Source: Octopus vulgaris (taxonomy: Eukaryota). Taken from it: a stretch of 64,000 nt of DNA. The stretch is from positions 144,026,001-144,090,000 of the forward strand of contig OX597817.1 in NCBI GenBank assembly GCA_951406725.2, written 5' to 3'. Positions 49,119 to 62,010 of the stretch are shown here, in pieces. The notes below the pieces were generated by a model. The model was not told where the DNA came from, did no database searches, and saw only the letters and a program-made list of their open reading frames with translations. The position numbers and the translations under genes are program-made. Each line of letters begins with the position of its first letter. The first letter of the stretch is position 1.

Positions 49119-50689
49119 GGCATATGTATCTTACTTTTCTCAGGACAGTAAGATGTGATTTGAGATATCTTGGCTGCTATTTCTAACAGATTCAGTGATC
49201 ATGTAGTAGCTTCCCTACTGTAAGCATACTGCAAAACATGTAAGGGATGTATATTAAAGGGGTTTGCTCATTATTAGCATTTATAAGTTAATAGGCAGCT
49301 TGTGGTTAAAGCAAGTATGTGAAGTCTTTAACAGTAAGTCTTTAATGTGGTTTGAGGAAGATTTAGCTATTATTTCTTCAATTTTCAGGACCCTTCATTG
49401 ATTCACCACCATAAGAGTTGTATCGTTGCCAGATTGAATGAAAAACAGTAGAGTGGGGTGCTAGAATACACAGGACTAAGAGCTTTTAATGTGACGGAAT
49501 CATCAAAGACTTGTAGCTTTAGGATTAGTGTCTTGGCATTAGAGAGAATGTTGAAATGGAATTAAAGAATTATAGATTGGATTGAATTCTAAATGACTGA
49601 ACAACTTAATTGGATATAAGCTTTAATTAAATCAATCAACCAATGCATATTTATTACATGCAAGTGTGATTAATTGGGTCAGTTGCCTGACTTTTTATAA
49701 TGAGAGGTCAAATTAATGAGTAATTATCTTCTATTGATTTCAGATGGTGGGGTGGGGGTAGGGGTTTGGTCTGGATTTGCTAAAAGCTTTTCTGAAATAG
49801 TTATCACTGGGAATTGAACCCATGTGGTCACTGTGCTTCCTTGGAAACTCATTACTGTCCACTCAGTGTTGCTTAACCAGCTAGAAAGAGCGGTAAAATT
49901 TCCCTCAAATTGCATCTTACTGTCTTGAATTGGAGAAGGGCATATTGGAGGATATGATGTTTTATGTCCAGATAAACGATGGGGTGGTCAATTTGACTGG
50001 TCCAGACAGCTGTCACATGATTCGCTATTGGCTCAGTTTAACCATATGTAAATACAAGAATCTGATTGGTCCAGATAAAAATCATAATTCTCATGATGCT
50101 GGTGTGTTTACGTACCCATAACTTAACGGTTTGGCAAAAGAAGCCAATAGAATAAGTATGATAACAAGAGCACTCACAGAGCTCAAACCCCCAACAAGAC
50201 AACACCAATGACGTTTCAACAATTGGTCAGAGATGGTTTTTAAAATGAGAATATCTGAAATATACTCAGCTGCTCTCACAAACAAGAATACTAAAAATGA
50301 AACCGACCGCTCTCAAAAACGATTTTGATTATAAGTCTGCTCAGATTTAGCTAACCTGGGGATAATCATCATCATATAACATCTGACTCCTATGCTGCTA
50401 TGGGTTGGCTGGTTTGATAAGATCTGAGAAGCCAACCCATGACATAATGCTCCAGTGTCCTAATTCGGCAAGGTTTCTATGGCTGGATGACCTTCCTAGC
50501 ATCAACCACTTTACATTGTGTACTCAGTGATCTTTTTAATCCTGACAGCTGCACTTGTGAATGTTGGCTCATAAATTGCAAGGCTAAGGGCCTATAGTGC
50601 CTCCTATAACTGAGGAAGAATAGAAGAGAAAGTATACAATGATCCTAGGCAGGGTGATTAGGGAGAGTAAGTTGGATGATGTGAATAGA

Positions 50690-51008
50690 ATAAATCATTT
50701 GTGGAAGCATCATCCAACCAAAGTACAAATATATGGGAAGTTACCACCTGTATCATCTCTTGTGAAAGGTAGAAGAGTCCAGTTTGCTGGACATTTTTGT
50801 AGAGCTGAAAACGAGGTAATTTCTACTTTTCTCCTCTGGAAGCCATCTGCTTGCGATACCAGAGGGCGCACACTCTCCTACCCTGATGTAATCTCCAGGG
50901 ATACAGGCATCCAGCAACAGGACCTCCATAATGCTATGATGGACCGTGAAGTCTGGCGTAACATAGTAAATTCCATTGTCTCGACCACGGTCGAACAATG
51001 ATGATGAT
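50690..51008 (+). mobile_element. 3' fragment of a second RTE-like LINE
   Basis: ORF ...RRVQFAGHFCRA...LLWKP...MMDREVWR ending in a (TGA)n tail. Confidence 0.7.
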
Positions 51009-52327
51009 GTGATAGGATTGTAGTGGAGAGAGTAGCAGAGTCATAGAGTAGTCACTAATTGAAAGCTAAACAACAACATAGGCACCTGTCTCACGTTGAG
51101 ACCGATTAACTTGTTTAAGGAGAGTTTTAAAAATTATTTCCTGGTTTGTTCACTTTGCATAACATCTATTTTTCCATGGTAGCATGGGTTAGATGGAAAG
51201 TAATTACTACAGGATTTATATAGCCTGATGCTTTTCCAATTGTGCCAACCTCAACTTGCTTTTCAAATAAGGGATAATTTTTTTTTTATTGTAGGGGAAT
51301 TTAAAAGCACAGAGCTGATGGATGATTTTTTGATGAGAAATCTCATTGCAGGTCAGCCACAAACAGTGATGTCATTATTTGTAGCCAAAGCCTAGTGTAG
51401 TTTGTAAGCAAATTACCCATGTGTGTATGTATTTTTGTTCCTTCTTCTCCAACTGGGTCATCCTTGTATCTCTTCTACAAGGCACTTATCTCTATACCTT
51501 TATCATTCTTTTAACCTCTCAACAACTGGCACAAAGCCACCTTCCTCAATACCACGTCCCCCATTCAAGGGGACTTTATCTTGCAAGTTACTTGGTGACC
51601 CCACCGGTGCTGGAGTCACAAAGAAAGCACCCAGTACACTCTGTAAAGTGGTTGGTGTTAGGAAGGGCATCCAGCCATAGAAACAGTGTCAAAACAGACA
51701 ATTGGGCTTGGCACAATCCTCTGGTTTGCCAGCTCTTGTCAAACTGTTCAATCCATGTCTGCATGGAAAACAGACATTAAATGATGATGATGATGGTGTA
51801 ATAAAGAAGAAAGTTAGATTTGGAGGATCAAATGGAACTTATTGCAAATGCTCCAGCTGAGGAACTGGTTATCGGTGCATACATTAATCAAATCAATATT
51901 TAATTTAGCATGACTACTCTTCTGGAAATCCAGGAGACCCAAACAGTAATATTTCCACTGTGGTATCTCTCTATATATAAAAACAGGAGATGTGAGAGGC
52001 AAAAGGTTTACTATTTCTGTATAGAGTTATGAAACAGCTGTAACCATACAGAAATGTTAAATTTCCTTCTGCCTCTTATATCACTCAGCTCTTATATATA
52101 CACACACACACTTATAATGGGTTTCTTTCAGTTTTTGTCTTCTACTTAGCAGTTTGGCAAAAGAGACCAATAGAATAAGTACCAGGCTTTTTTTTTATTT
52201 AAATGTACTGCCATTGATTCAGTTGATCAAAAATTGTTGAAGGCTGTGCCCCAGCATGGCCACATTGTAATGAGTGAAACAAGTAAAAAGTAAAAGATAC
52301 AATGGTGCCTCCTTTTTCTTGTTGCAG

Positions 52328-52480
52328 GTGATGATTGCTGAAGCTTTGGATATTTCTCGTGAGGCCTACCTAGCAATCCTGATGGACAGAAAATACGGAG
52401 GACCTGTGATAGTCGGTAGCCCCTGTGGTGGCATGGACATTGAAGAGGTTGCTGCCAAATCACCCGAAGCCATTTTTACG
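52328..52480 (+). CDS. SUCLG2: SUCLG2 exon 5 (VMIAEALDISREAYLAILMDRKYGGPVIVGSPCGGMDIEEVAAKSPEAIFT)
   Basis: gttgcag acceptor, ACG|GTAATT donor; GGMDIEEVA motif; AEALDISRE resembles the GTP-specific subunit, not SUCLA2. Confidence 0.97.
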
Positions 52481-52833
52481 GTAATTTAATTTTTTTTTTG
52501 TTTTCATTGGTTTCTTTTGTATTTTGTTGTGTCGAACTCATACATCTTCAGCTTGTCTCCACCACTACAACCACCATCATCACCATTGTTTTGGTATCCA
52601 CTTTTCCATAATTTCACAGATAGAATTTATTGAGGCAAATTTCTGCAGCTGGATGCCCTTCTTGTTGCCAACCCTCAGCTATTTCCAAGGAAGGTAACAT
52701 TTCTCCATGGCTGGACATGTTTCTCATAGAAGACTAGAAATCAATGACACCACCTGTATGACATTGACACTCATTTACAACTATCATATGATGTCATGTG
52801 GAGATATACACAGACATTTATTACACACACACA

Positions 52834-52873
<40 letters not shown>

Positions 52874-54202
52874 ATTCTTTTACTTGTTTCAGTCATTTGA
52901 CTAGCCATGCAGGAGCACCATCTTTAGTCAAACAAATCAACCCCAGGACTTATTCTTTGTAAGCCTTATACTTATTCTATTGGTGTCTTGTGCTGAACCG
53001 CTAAGTTATGAGTATGTAAACACACCATCATTGGTTGTCAAGCGATGATGGAGGGACAAACACACACACATATATATATATGCATGTGTACAACAGGCTT
53101 CTTTCAGTTTCTGTTCTACCGCGTGGAACCTTGGGCAAGCATCTTCGACTATAGCCTCGGGCCAACCAAAGCCTTGTGAGTGGATTTGGTAGGCGGAAAC
53201 TGAAAGAAGCCCGTCGTATTTGTGTGTATGTTCGTGTGTCCGTGTTTGTCCCCTCATCATCGCATGACAACCAATGTTGGTGTATTTACATCCCCCTGTA
53301 ACTTGGCAGTTTGGCAAAAGAGACCGATAGAATAAGTACTAGGCTTACAAAGAATAAGTCTTAGTGTCGATTTGTTCGACTAAAGGTGATGCTCCAGTAT
53401 GGCCGTTGTCAAATGACTGAAACAAGTAAAAGAAAAGACAGCATAAACCATTATTCTATGCTAATTTAGTTCATTTTGTCAAGCTCCCTTATCAGTTTGT
53501 AAGATAGAAATTTAAATGTAATAAAATGTTTTAAAAGCAAATTAAAGTGCCTACGTGATAACTGGAAACCTACTTTTTTGGGGCCACCCTGTATATAACA
53601 CCTACTAAATGTGTTCAGTGCCTCTTTCTTTCTTTTGTCTGCTCAATTTCATTCGCAAAGCTAATGTTGATCCAAGGCAATCGTAAAAGACACTTACACT
53701 AAGAATTCCAGACTGTTGGATTGAGACTGGAACCTGGTCATATCATTAAGAACACTGGACAAAATACATTCTTTTCTACTATAGGCACAAGGCCTGAAAT
53801 TTTTGGGGAAGAAGCCAGTTGATTAGATCGACCCCAGTACATAACTGGTACTTAATTTATCAACCCCGAAAGGATGAAAGGCAAAGTCGACCTCAGCGGA
53901 ATTTGAACTCAGAACGTAACGACAGACGAAATACCGCTAAGCATTTTGCCCGGCGTGCTAGCGTTTCTGCCAGCTCACCGTTTTGACAAAATACATTGCA
54001 ATATTTGTCCTGGCTGTTGACATGCTAAGTTCAAATATCACTGAGGCCAAGCTCATCTTTCATCCTCCTGGGGTCACAGAGTGGGGTCAATATAATAGGC
54101 TATGTCCCTAGGCCATATTTGAAGTCCTGTGTCTTGTGTAATGTCTGTAAATTATATTTCGTATCAATAAGTAAGGGATGTCTGTTTTGCCTTATTTTTC
54201 AG

Positions 54203-54292
54203 GAACCAATCGATATCTTTACTGGGATTTCTAAGGAACAGGCTCTCAAGATGGCTTCCAACCTTGGCTTCAAAAGTAATTTGCATGAAGAA
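54203..54292 (+). CDS. SUCLG2: SUCLG2 exon 6 (EPIDIFTGISKEQALKMASNLGFKSNLHEE)
   Basis: ttttcag acceptor, GAA|GTGAGC donor, phase 0-0. Confidence 0.95.
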
Positions 54293-54321
54293 GTGAGCAA
54301 TTATACTGATACTCTTTATAA

Positions 54322-54670
54322 CATCATCACCATCGCCATCACCTTTGTAATCGTCATCATCACTGTAACCATCCTCACCGTCATCATCACTATCATCATC
54401 ACTATCATCATCACCACCATCACTATAGCCATCATCATCGCTAACCATCCTAATCATCACCACCATCACCATCATCACTAACCATTCACCTCATCACCAT
54501 CATCACAGTGACCACCATCACCATCACTATAGCCATCATCATCACTATCATCATCACTAACCATCCTTCATTATCATCATCATCACTAACCATCCACATC
54601 ATCACCACCACTATCATCAACATCATCATCACCACCATCATCATCATCATCATCATCACCATTGCCATCC
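54322..54670. repeat. (CAT/CAC)n microsatellite filling most of intron 6
   Basis: Direct observation. Confidence 0.92.
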
Positions 54671-54719
54671 CCAAAATGTTATGTTTTGGTCATTTAGCTA
54701 AGAATGTTCCTCGTTGCAG

Positions 54720-54816
54720 GCTGCCAACCAAATCTGCTGTTTGTACAACCTGTTTCAAAATGTCGATGCAACCCAAGTAGAGGTGAACCCTTTTGGGGAA
54801 ACTCATGACGGCAAAG
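54720..54816 (+). CDS. SUCLG2: SUCLG2 exon 7 (AANQICCLYNLFQNVDATQVEVNPFGETHDGK)
   Basis: gttgcag acceptor, G|GTAAGT donor; DATQVEVNPFGET motif of GDP-forming beta subunit. Confidence 0.96.
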
Positions 54817-56154
54817 GTAAGTCAAGATGGCTGGCCTGGGCAGGGCTGGGCAATTTAAAGTCTAAATAACCTGTGGTTGCCTTGTTATTTATTGTTGATT
54901 GTTTGCCCTAAATCAGATTTGAAAGGTAAGAATATAGTAGATAAAACATTGTTCTTGAACCCTATGGACTAATGAGGGTCAGTTTCCCAGTTTCTGTGGC
55001 GTATATTATATGTTTAGCCTCTGGACGGGATGCTGCTCGATTGCAGGATGACTCATTTTTGCCAGCTGAGTGGACTCCAGAACACAATGCGTCACCTAAT
55101 CTAGGAATTGCAACCACAATCTTGTGATTACAACACCCCCCCTGAATAGGATGCTAGTCCATCGCAGGGTTAATTTCCCAGTTTTACGACTGAGTGAACT
55201 GGAACAATGTAAATACGTTGTCCAGACTAGGAATTGAAACCATAGTCTTATAATTACAACACTCCCCCTGAATAGGATGCTAGTCTATTGCAGGGTTAAT
55301 TTCCCAGTTTTTGCTGGGACCTACTTACGACTGAGTGAACTGGAACAATGTAAAATGAAGTGTTTTGCTCAAGAACACAATGCATTGCCCTATCCAGGAA
55401 TCAAAACCACAACCTTACATTCATGAGTCCAAAATCCTAGCACCAAGCCATGTTGCCTCCACAAGAACAAACATATAATCAAAGACTTTCTAAATTGTCT
55501 TTTTAGTATATTAACACGTTGGCCCCTGAGCCTCATTTTACGTTTTATCTCAGGGTCCCAACACAGTATCTTAATTGATTTTGACATGAACAGCATAATA
55601 TTTTTACATTATACCATATGTGAGGCAAGGATCACATAGGTAGTGTTAGATACCCACATTCCACCAGAGGGTCGTGTAGTACCCTAGTTCATATCACATT
55701 CTATATGCTACACAACCTACCTGAGGTCAATTAAAAATTTGGGTATTTTCTATTAGAAGATCTTGAAATCTTTTCAAAAACAATTATTTTGGTTTCCATG
55801 GCAAGTAAAATATTTTTCATTCCCTCCTGTTTCTATTGGAAAATCTACCATTTTTTTTTTCAAAAAAAGCTATTTTTGTTTCAATGGTATATAAAATTTT
55901 TTCAATACTCAATCTTTTATTTTACCTCATTATATGGTGAAATCAGAAGAAAAATGAAAAAAAAATATGAAAAAATCTATAACAAATTGTTCTCTTCATG
56001 TCGCAAAAGCACAAGTGAAAGCAATTGGAGCATTCCAGCTCTCAGAAAGCCCAAAGGAAAGAAATTAATAAACAACCCACTGGTGGGTCATGCAGGACTC
56101 ACTAACATACCACCACGACCCACCAGCAAGGACGTGTGGCAGCCAACATGTTAA

Positions 56155-56480
56155 GTGTCGGTGGCACGTAAAAAGCACCATCCGAATCGTGGCCGAAGCC
56201 AGTGCTGCTTCGACTGGCTTCCGTGCAGGTGGCATGTAAAATGCACCAATCCGACTGTGGCCGATGCCAGCCTCGCCTGGCACCAGTGCAGGTGGCACGT
56301 AAAAAGCACCCACTACACTCACGGAGTGGTTGGCGTTAGGAAGGGCATCCAGCTGTAGAAACTTTGCCAGATAAGACCGGAGCCTGGTGCAGCCTTCTGG
56401 CTTCCCAGATCCCTGGTCGAACCGTCCAACCCATGCTAGCATGGAGAACGGACGTTAAACGATGATGATGATGATGATGA
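56155..56480 (+). mobile_element. RTE 3'-end-derived short repeat (representative)
   Basis: Same sequence as the 3' UTR of the LINE at 36326-37566 with a (GAT)n tail; other copies at 1-120, 340-570, 8672-8924, 17308-17605, 20960-21297, 41230-41835, 46053-46340 and 59562-59800. Confidence 0.85.
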
Positions 56481-57465
56481 TTATCCATTCTATCTCTCAC
56501 TTCTTCTTTTAAGAGCAGAGAAGATGAGTTAAGGAAAATTAGGTTGTTATTTTTAGCAGATCAACTGATTATACAGTGGCCCTTTGTTGGCTTTGGTGGC
56601 CTTCTGGTAAATATATTTTTTAGCAGACATATAGTAGTGATGTGTGGAAGGGGCAAATTGACTGGAGGAGGAGACTGAAAATAGTCGCCATTCATTGAAA
56701 TGGTATGATTTTAAAAAAATTACTATTTTTAAATCTCACAACGAGAGATATTCAGCAACATTACTTTGGAGTAAAGATCATTTACCAACATAACATGGCA
56801 GCCTTGGTTTAGGATGAATATGTCACGTTGTGAGATTAAAAAATAGTAATTTTCTAATTTATAGATCAGTGACTAGTTGTCACTTTGAAAACTATGTATC
56901 TCTAATGAGAATTTGGCAGTGCTACCTCTAGCTGAACTATTATTCTGTACTGATGAAGGGAAATAACCTGAAAATTGTGATACACAGATATTGTTTTGAG
57001 CTGAGTTGGGGTGCTAGATTCCCTTGTTTGAAAATATAAGGACACAGATCGTGTCGTATAGCCAGCCGGAGACAATTGTCTCCTGGGGCTAAATTACAGC
57101 GACATTCATCCTAAACCAGGACTGCCATGTTATGTTAGCAAAAATCTTTACTCCAATCGTATGATTTGTTTGCTATCATCCATAAAAGCATGTCTGACCA
57201 TTGAGCTACATATAGTTCAAAGGACTGGGGGATTGGTGACAGGAAGAGCATCTGGCTGTAGAAAAGTGTGCCTTGACAAGTTTTGCCTGATCCATGCAAG
57301 CATGGAAAAGTGGATGTTAAAATGATGAGGAGGATGATTGCTCGCGGTGTTGCAAAGTGAACTTCTTAATTACACAGCTATGCCTAATTAAATTTTAATA
57401 TTTTGTTTCAAATTTTGAATGAATGTTTTAAAAAAAACGAAATTTTATTTTTTGTCTTCTTGCAG

Positions 57466-57627
57466 TTGTTTGTTTTGATGCTAAGATCAGTTTCGATGAT
57501 AATGCTGTATTCCGCCAGAAGTCCATATTTGCTATGGAAGACACAACTGAACAAGATCCGAGAGAGGTCGAAGCTGCTAAATTTAACTTAAACTATATCG
57601 GCATGGATGGCAACATTGCCTGTCTTG
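57466..57627 (+). CDS. SUCLG2: SUCLG2 exon 8 ([54 protein letters not shown]); gene continues beyond window
   Basis: ttgcag acceptor, G|GTAAGA donor; FDAK.FDDNA.FRQ and LNYIG.DGNIAC motifs; the next expected exon (VNGAGLAM) was not seen in the window. Confidence 0.97.
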
Positions 57628-60600
57628 GTAAGAGAGAGTTTCCTCTGTTCCTATCGCCTTCCTTAATTTATCCTTTGATCCTTTTGATACAAACCTGCTC
57701 AAAACCATCCCTAGTTCATCATCATCATTTAGAGTTTTAAATCCTGGTTTTGTCCCCATTAACGGGAGTGGCTGGATCTACCTCAATGCCATAGCAACTG
57801 AGGTAGGCAAGTGCAGCCCACCCAAAGCTTTGGGCTGGTTGGTGCCCGTTCTCCTTTGCTATCTCAAGGCTTTTTTGGAGCTGGATTTTCTATGGGGAGC
57901 ATGCCCTTGCTTACCCCCAACCTCAGTTTCTAGACATGAGTGGTCCCGAGACCAAGACCTCTACCATGATTTTTAAGAAATGTGGTGGAAAACTAGCTCA
58001 GGAAGGCAGAGACACTACTCCCTGAAACCCCTTTCGGAGCCCTACCCCTATCATTTTTAAATAATACAAACTTCCTCTTTATAGCATCTAAATAAAACAA
58101 TCCTGTTTATTTATTTTCTAAGCACCAACTTAATAATGACACAGTTATTTTACTAAATTCTTCTTTATTTTCAAAATTAATTAAAACAAAGGTAGTATTT
58201 TAGCAGGAATATGGTAACAAAATGGTTAAGCTTAATGGTATTGGCACCTCCCTCCTTAACTGTAGTGTTTGCCCATCCATTCCTACAACCCATCCAACAG
58301 CATGTCATCACTATTTTGTCTCCTTGTTTACTGAATCATCATTTCTATTCTGCTGTCCCTACATTACAAGACAGCCCCTTCTTCATCCACTCACTCCTGG
58401 AACCCCTACTCCATTCATTCCAAACCACTTTATATCTTGAAGTGCTTGTCACTGGATTTGGTAGATGGAAACTGAAAGAAGCCAATTTATATATATATAG
58501 ATGTATGTATGTATTTGTGTCTGTCTGTGTGTCTGTGCTTGTCTCCCACCATCACCTGACAACTAGTGTTGGTGTGTTTACATCCTTGTAACTTAATGGT
58601 TTGGCAAAAGAGACTGACAGAATAAGTTGCCAAACTTAGAAAAAAAAAGTAAAGGAGTGGCTGTGTGGTAAGTAACTTGCTTACCAACCACATGGTTCTG
58701 GCTTCAGTCCAACTGCGTGGCTCCTTGGGCAAGTGTCTTATGTATGTATGTGTGTGTGTGTGTATATGTTTGTGTGTCTGTGTTTGTCCACTCAACATCG
58801 ATTGACAACCGATGCTGGTGTGTTTACATCCCTGTAACTTAGCTGTTCGGCAAAAGAGACCGATAGAATAAGTACTAGGCTTACAAAGAATAAGTCCTGG
58901 GGTTGATTTGCTCGACTAAAGGCGGTGCTCCAGCATGGCCACAGTCAAATGACTGAAACCAGTAAAAGAGTAAATACCAGAGTTGATTCATTCGACTAAA
59001 AATTCTTCAAGGTGGTGCTCCAGCATGGCCGTAGTCTAATGACTGAACAAATAAAAGGATAAAAGATATACAGAATGCCAATCATGGCTCTTCTTCTCCC
59101 AGATCGATCACTGCGGTTTGACTTCCTTTGTGTCGAACAGGACAGAGAGAAATAATAAAAAAAACCCAATAAAACTGATTCTCTCTTTCTCTCTCATCAA
59201 GAATTTTTGATCATCTGTATAGAGTATATCAGGAATCTAGGCTCATTGTAACCATATTAGGCCGGTTAATTAATAGCATTGTAACAGACATCGTAATAAT
59301 GAAGTCTTGCTAATTATATTATCTCTCCTGTTTTCTAGACATATTTCTGTACATGTTTAATTATCAACCGATTTCTGCATTTCAAATGATTCCAGCAAAG
59401 GTTTGGTCTACAGCATTTGTGCATTGGGTGTTTGCTCATATAACAGATCTGCCAGTTTCCATTATATCTGAAGTAAATAACTAAATTTATGTTATATAGT
59501 ACATGCTAATGAACAAGAAAGAGGAACTTGTCTGTGGTTTAACAGATCTGGAACTTTCAATGTCATCATCCTCATTGTTTAATGTCCGCTTTCCATGCTG
59601 GCATGGGTTGAACGATTTGACTGAGGACTGGCAAACCAGATGGTTGCACCAATCTGATCTGGCAGAATTTCTACAGCTGGATGCCCTTCCTAATGCCAAC
59701 CACTCTAAGAGTGTAGTGGGTGCTTTTATGTGCCACCGGCACGAGGGCCAATCAGGTGGTACTGGCAATGGCCACGCTCAAATGGTGTTTTTTATGTGCC
59801 AAATCCGAGAAATATTTTGTGACTTGCCGTCACAACTTTGAGTGTGTTCATATGGCAAGTTATCAGCTCTTTTTTACATTTTATTTGATTCAGTCATTAG
59901 ACTGTGGCCATACTGGAGCACCACTCTATAGGATTTAGTTGAACAAATCCACCCCTGTACTTATTTTTTTTTAACATCTGATACTTATCTTGTCAGTCAT
60001 ATTTTTTTTTCTTTTCTGCAAACCATTAAGTTACATGGATGTAAACAAACCAAGATTGGTTGTCAAGCAGAGTGGGGCAAACACACACACACGCACACGT
60101 AAGAATTTAGAAACTTCAAGAGGCATTAAATAATTCATTTTTGTTGGTGGAACTGGAAGTAGACAAAGCTATAAGTAGTAACATGACATGTAGGATATCA
60201 GATTAAAGGAAATTGAAGGTTGCCCATGCTAGAATATCTGTTATATTTACAGAAGATGTGGGATTGTGTCTCACAAGGCAGCCTTCAACTTTTTCTATCC
60301 AAGGTTTTTGTAACCCAGTAAAGGGGTAAAGACCCCCTTCGGTCATGAATGACCATGGGATTGCACCTAGAAAGTTACCCTCCTAGACACAAGTCCAGGC
60401 AAGGTTGTTTATGGAAGACCAGCAGTCGCCCATGCAAACCAGCCTCCCCTCTCCACGCCACCAGTGTTATCCAAGGGAAAGACAAAGGTCGATACAGCTT
60501 GGCACCAGTGACGTTGCAACTCATTTCTACAGCTGAGTGAACCCAGTATTTACATACAATTTATAGCTTTATCATCTTTGAATTCCACGATTAAAAAGGA

Positions 60601-60632
60601 GCCCAAATGTACATATTCATATCATCATTGTT

Positions 60633-61164
60633 TAACCCTTTCGATACCAACCTGACTGAAACCGGCTCTGGCTCTGTAGTACAAATGTCTTGTTTTCATA
60701 TGTTTTGAATTAAAATCTTGCACCAAACCTTAGTCACAATTTATGTTCCTAAGACTAGCTTAATGATAATTAAGTTACGGAGGTGTACTTGCATAGCAAG
60801 TGACTTGATCTGAGATTGTGTGCTGGAACGTAAACAATTGCAGTGTGGAAGGTGTTTAAGCCATTTAAGAAACACACAAAAACCATTAGATTCACTTCAT
60901 CTAAATTTAATTTGCCAAAATATTTTTGTTGCTTTGAGACCATGACCTGTTCACCGACAAAATTCTGTGCTGCATGGAATTTTGTCAGTGAACAAGTCAC
61001 GGTTTCAAAGCAATGGAAATATTTTGGCAAATTAAATTTAAATGTTGAAGTGAATTTAACGGCTTTTGATAATTAAGTTACTTTACTAAATTCTTCGTTA
61101 TATTTCAAATTGATTGAAAGAAACACAGAGCATCTCCACAGAAATATGGTAACAAAAGGGTTAA
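60633..61164. mobile_element. piggyBac-like MITE with nested insertion (60779-61066)
   Basis: TTAACCCTTTCGATACC...GGTAACAAAAGGGTTAA; duplicated TGATAATTAAGTTAC around the insert. Confidence 0.78.
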
Positions 61165-61947
61165 TGTCTGTTCTCAATGCGGGTATGGGTTGGGCAATTT
61201 GACAGGAACTGGCCAGATGAAGACCTGTACCAGGCTTCAATTGTCTGTTTTGGCATGGTTTTTACAGCTGGATGCCTTTTCTAATGCTAACTACTTTACA
61301 GTGTGTACTGGGTGCTTTTTCGTGTGACATCAGCATAGATGCTTTTAGTGACGCCATCATATATATGCATGCATGATAGGCTTCTCCATAGTTTCCTTCC
61401 GCCAAATTCATTCACAAGGTATTGGTTAGCCAGAGCTCATGCAGAAGACGCTTGTCCAAGGTGCTATTCAGTGGGATTGAAACCCAAACCACATGGTTGC
61501 AAAGTGAGCTTCTTGACCACACACCCATACCTACACCTATGCATATATTTCTAGACTGTTCGATCCGGTGGAATCTATTTATGGCACTTCAATTAAATGT
61601 CAAGAACCGGCAGATAAAATAGTTTCTGAACCAAATTCTGGAAATCACAACAAGCAATGAGTCTGGCTTTGTTTCTTCAAATGTGAAGCTTCTTGAAAAT
61701 ATTGGTGACTGACTGTTCTTGTTGTTCTTTATAGCCTCACTTAAGAGGAAGAAGCTACATCATACGTCTTTGTTTTTATTGGAGTGGCTGTGTGGTAACT
61801 AGGTAAGTAGCTTGCTTACCAACCACATGGTTCTGGGTTCAGTCCCACTGCATGGCACCTTGGGCAAGTGTCTTCTACTATAGCCTCAGGCTGACCAAAG
61901 CCTTGTGAGTGGATTTCGTAGATGGAAACTGAAAGAAGCCTGTTGTA

Positions 61948-62010
<63 letters not shown>

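Noticed and set aside
44518-57627. Assignment as ADP-forming SUCLA2
   Set aside because: WLNLQEYQSK, KAQILAGGRGKGVF, AEALDISRE and DATQVEVNPFGET match the GDP-forming paralogue
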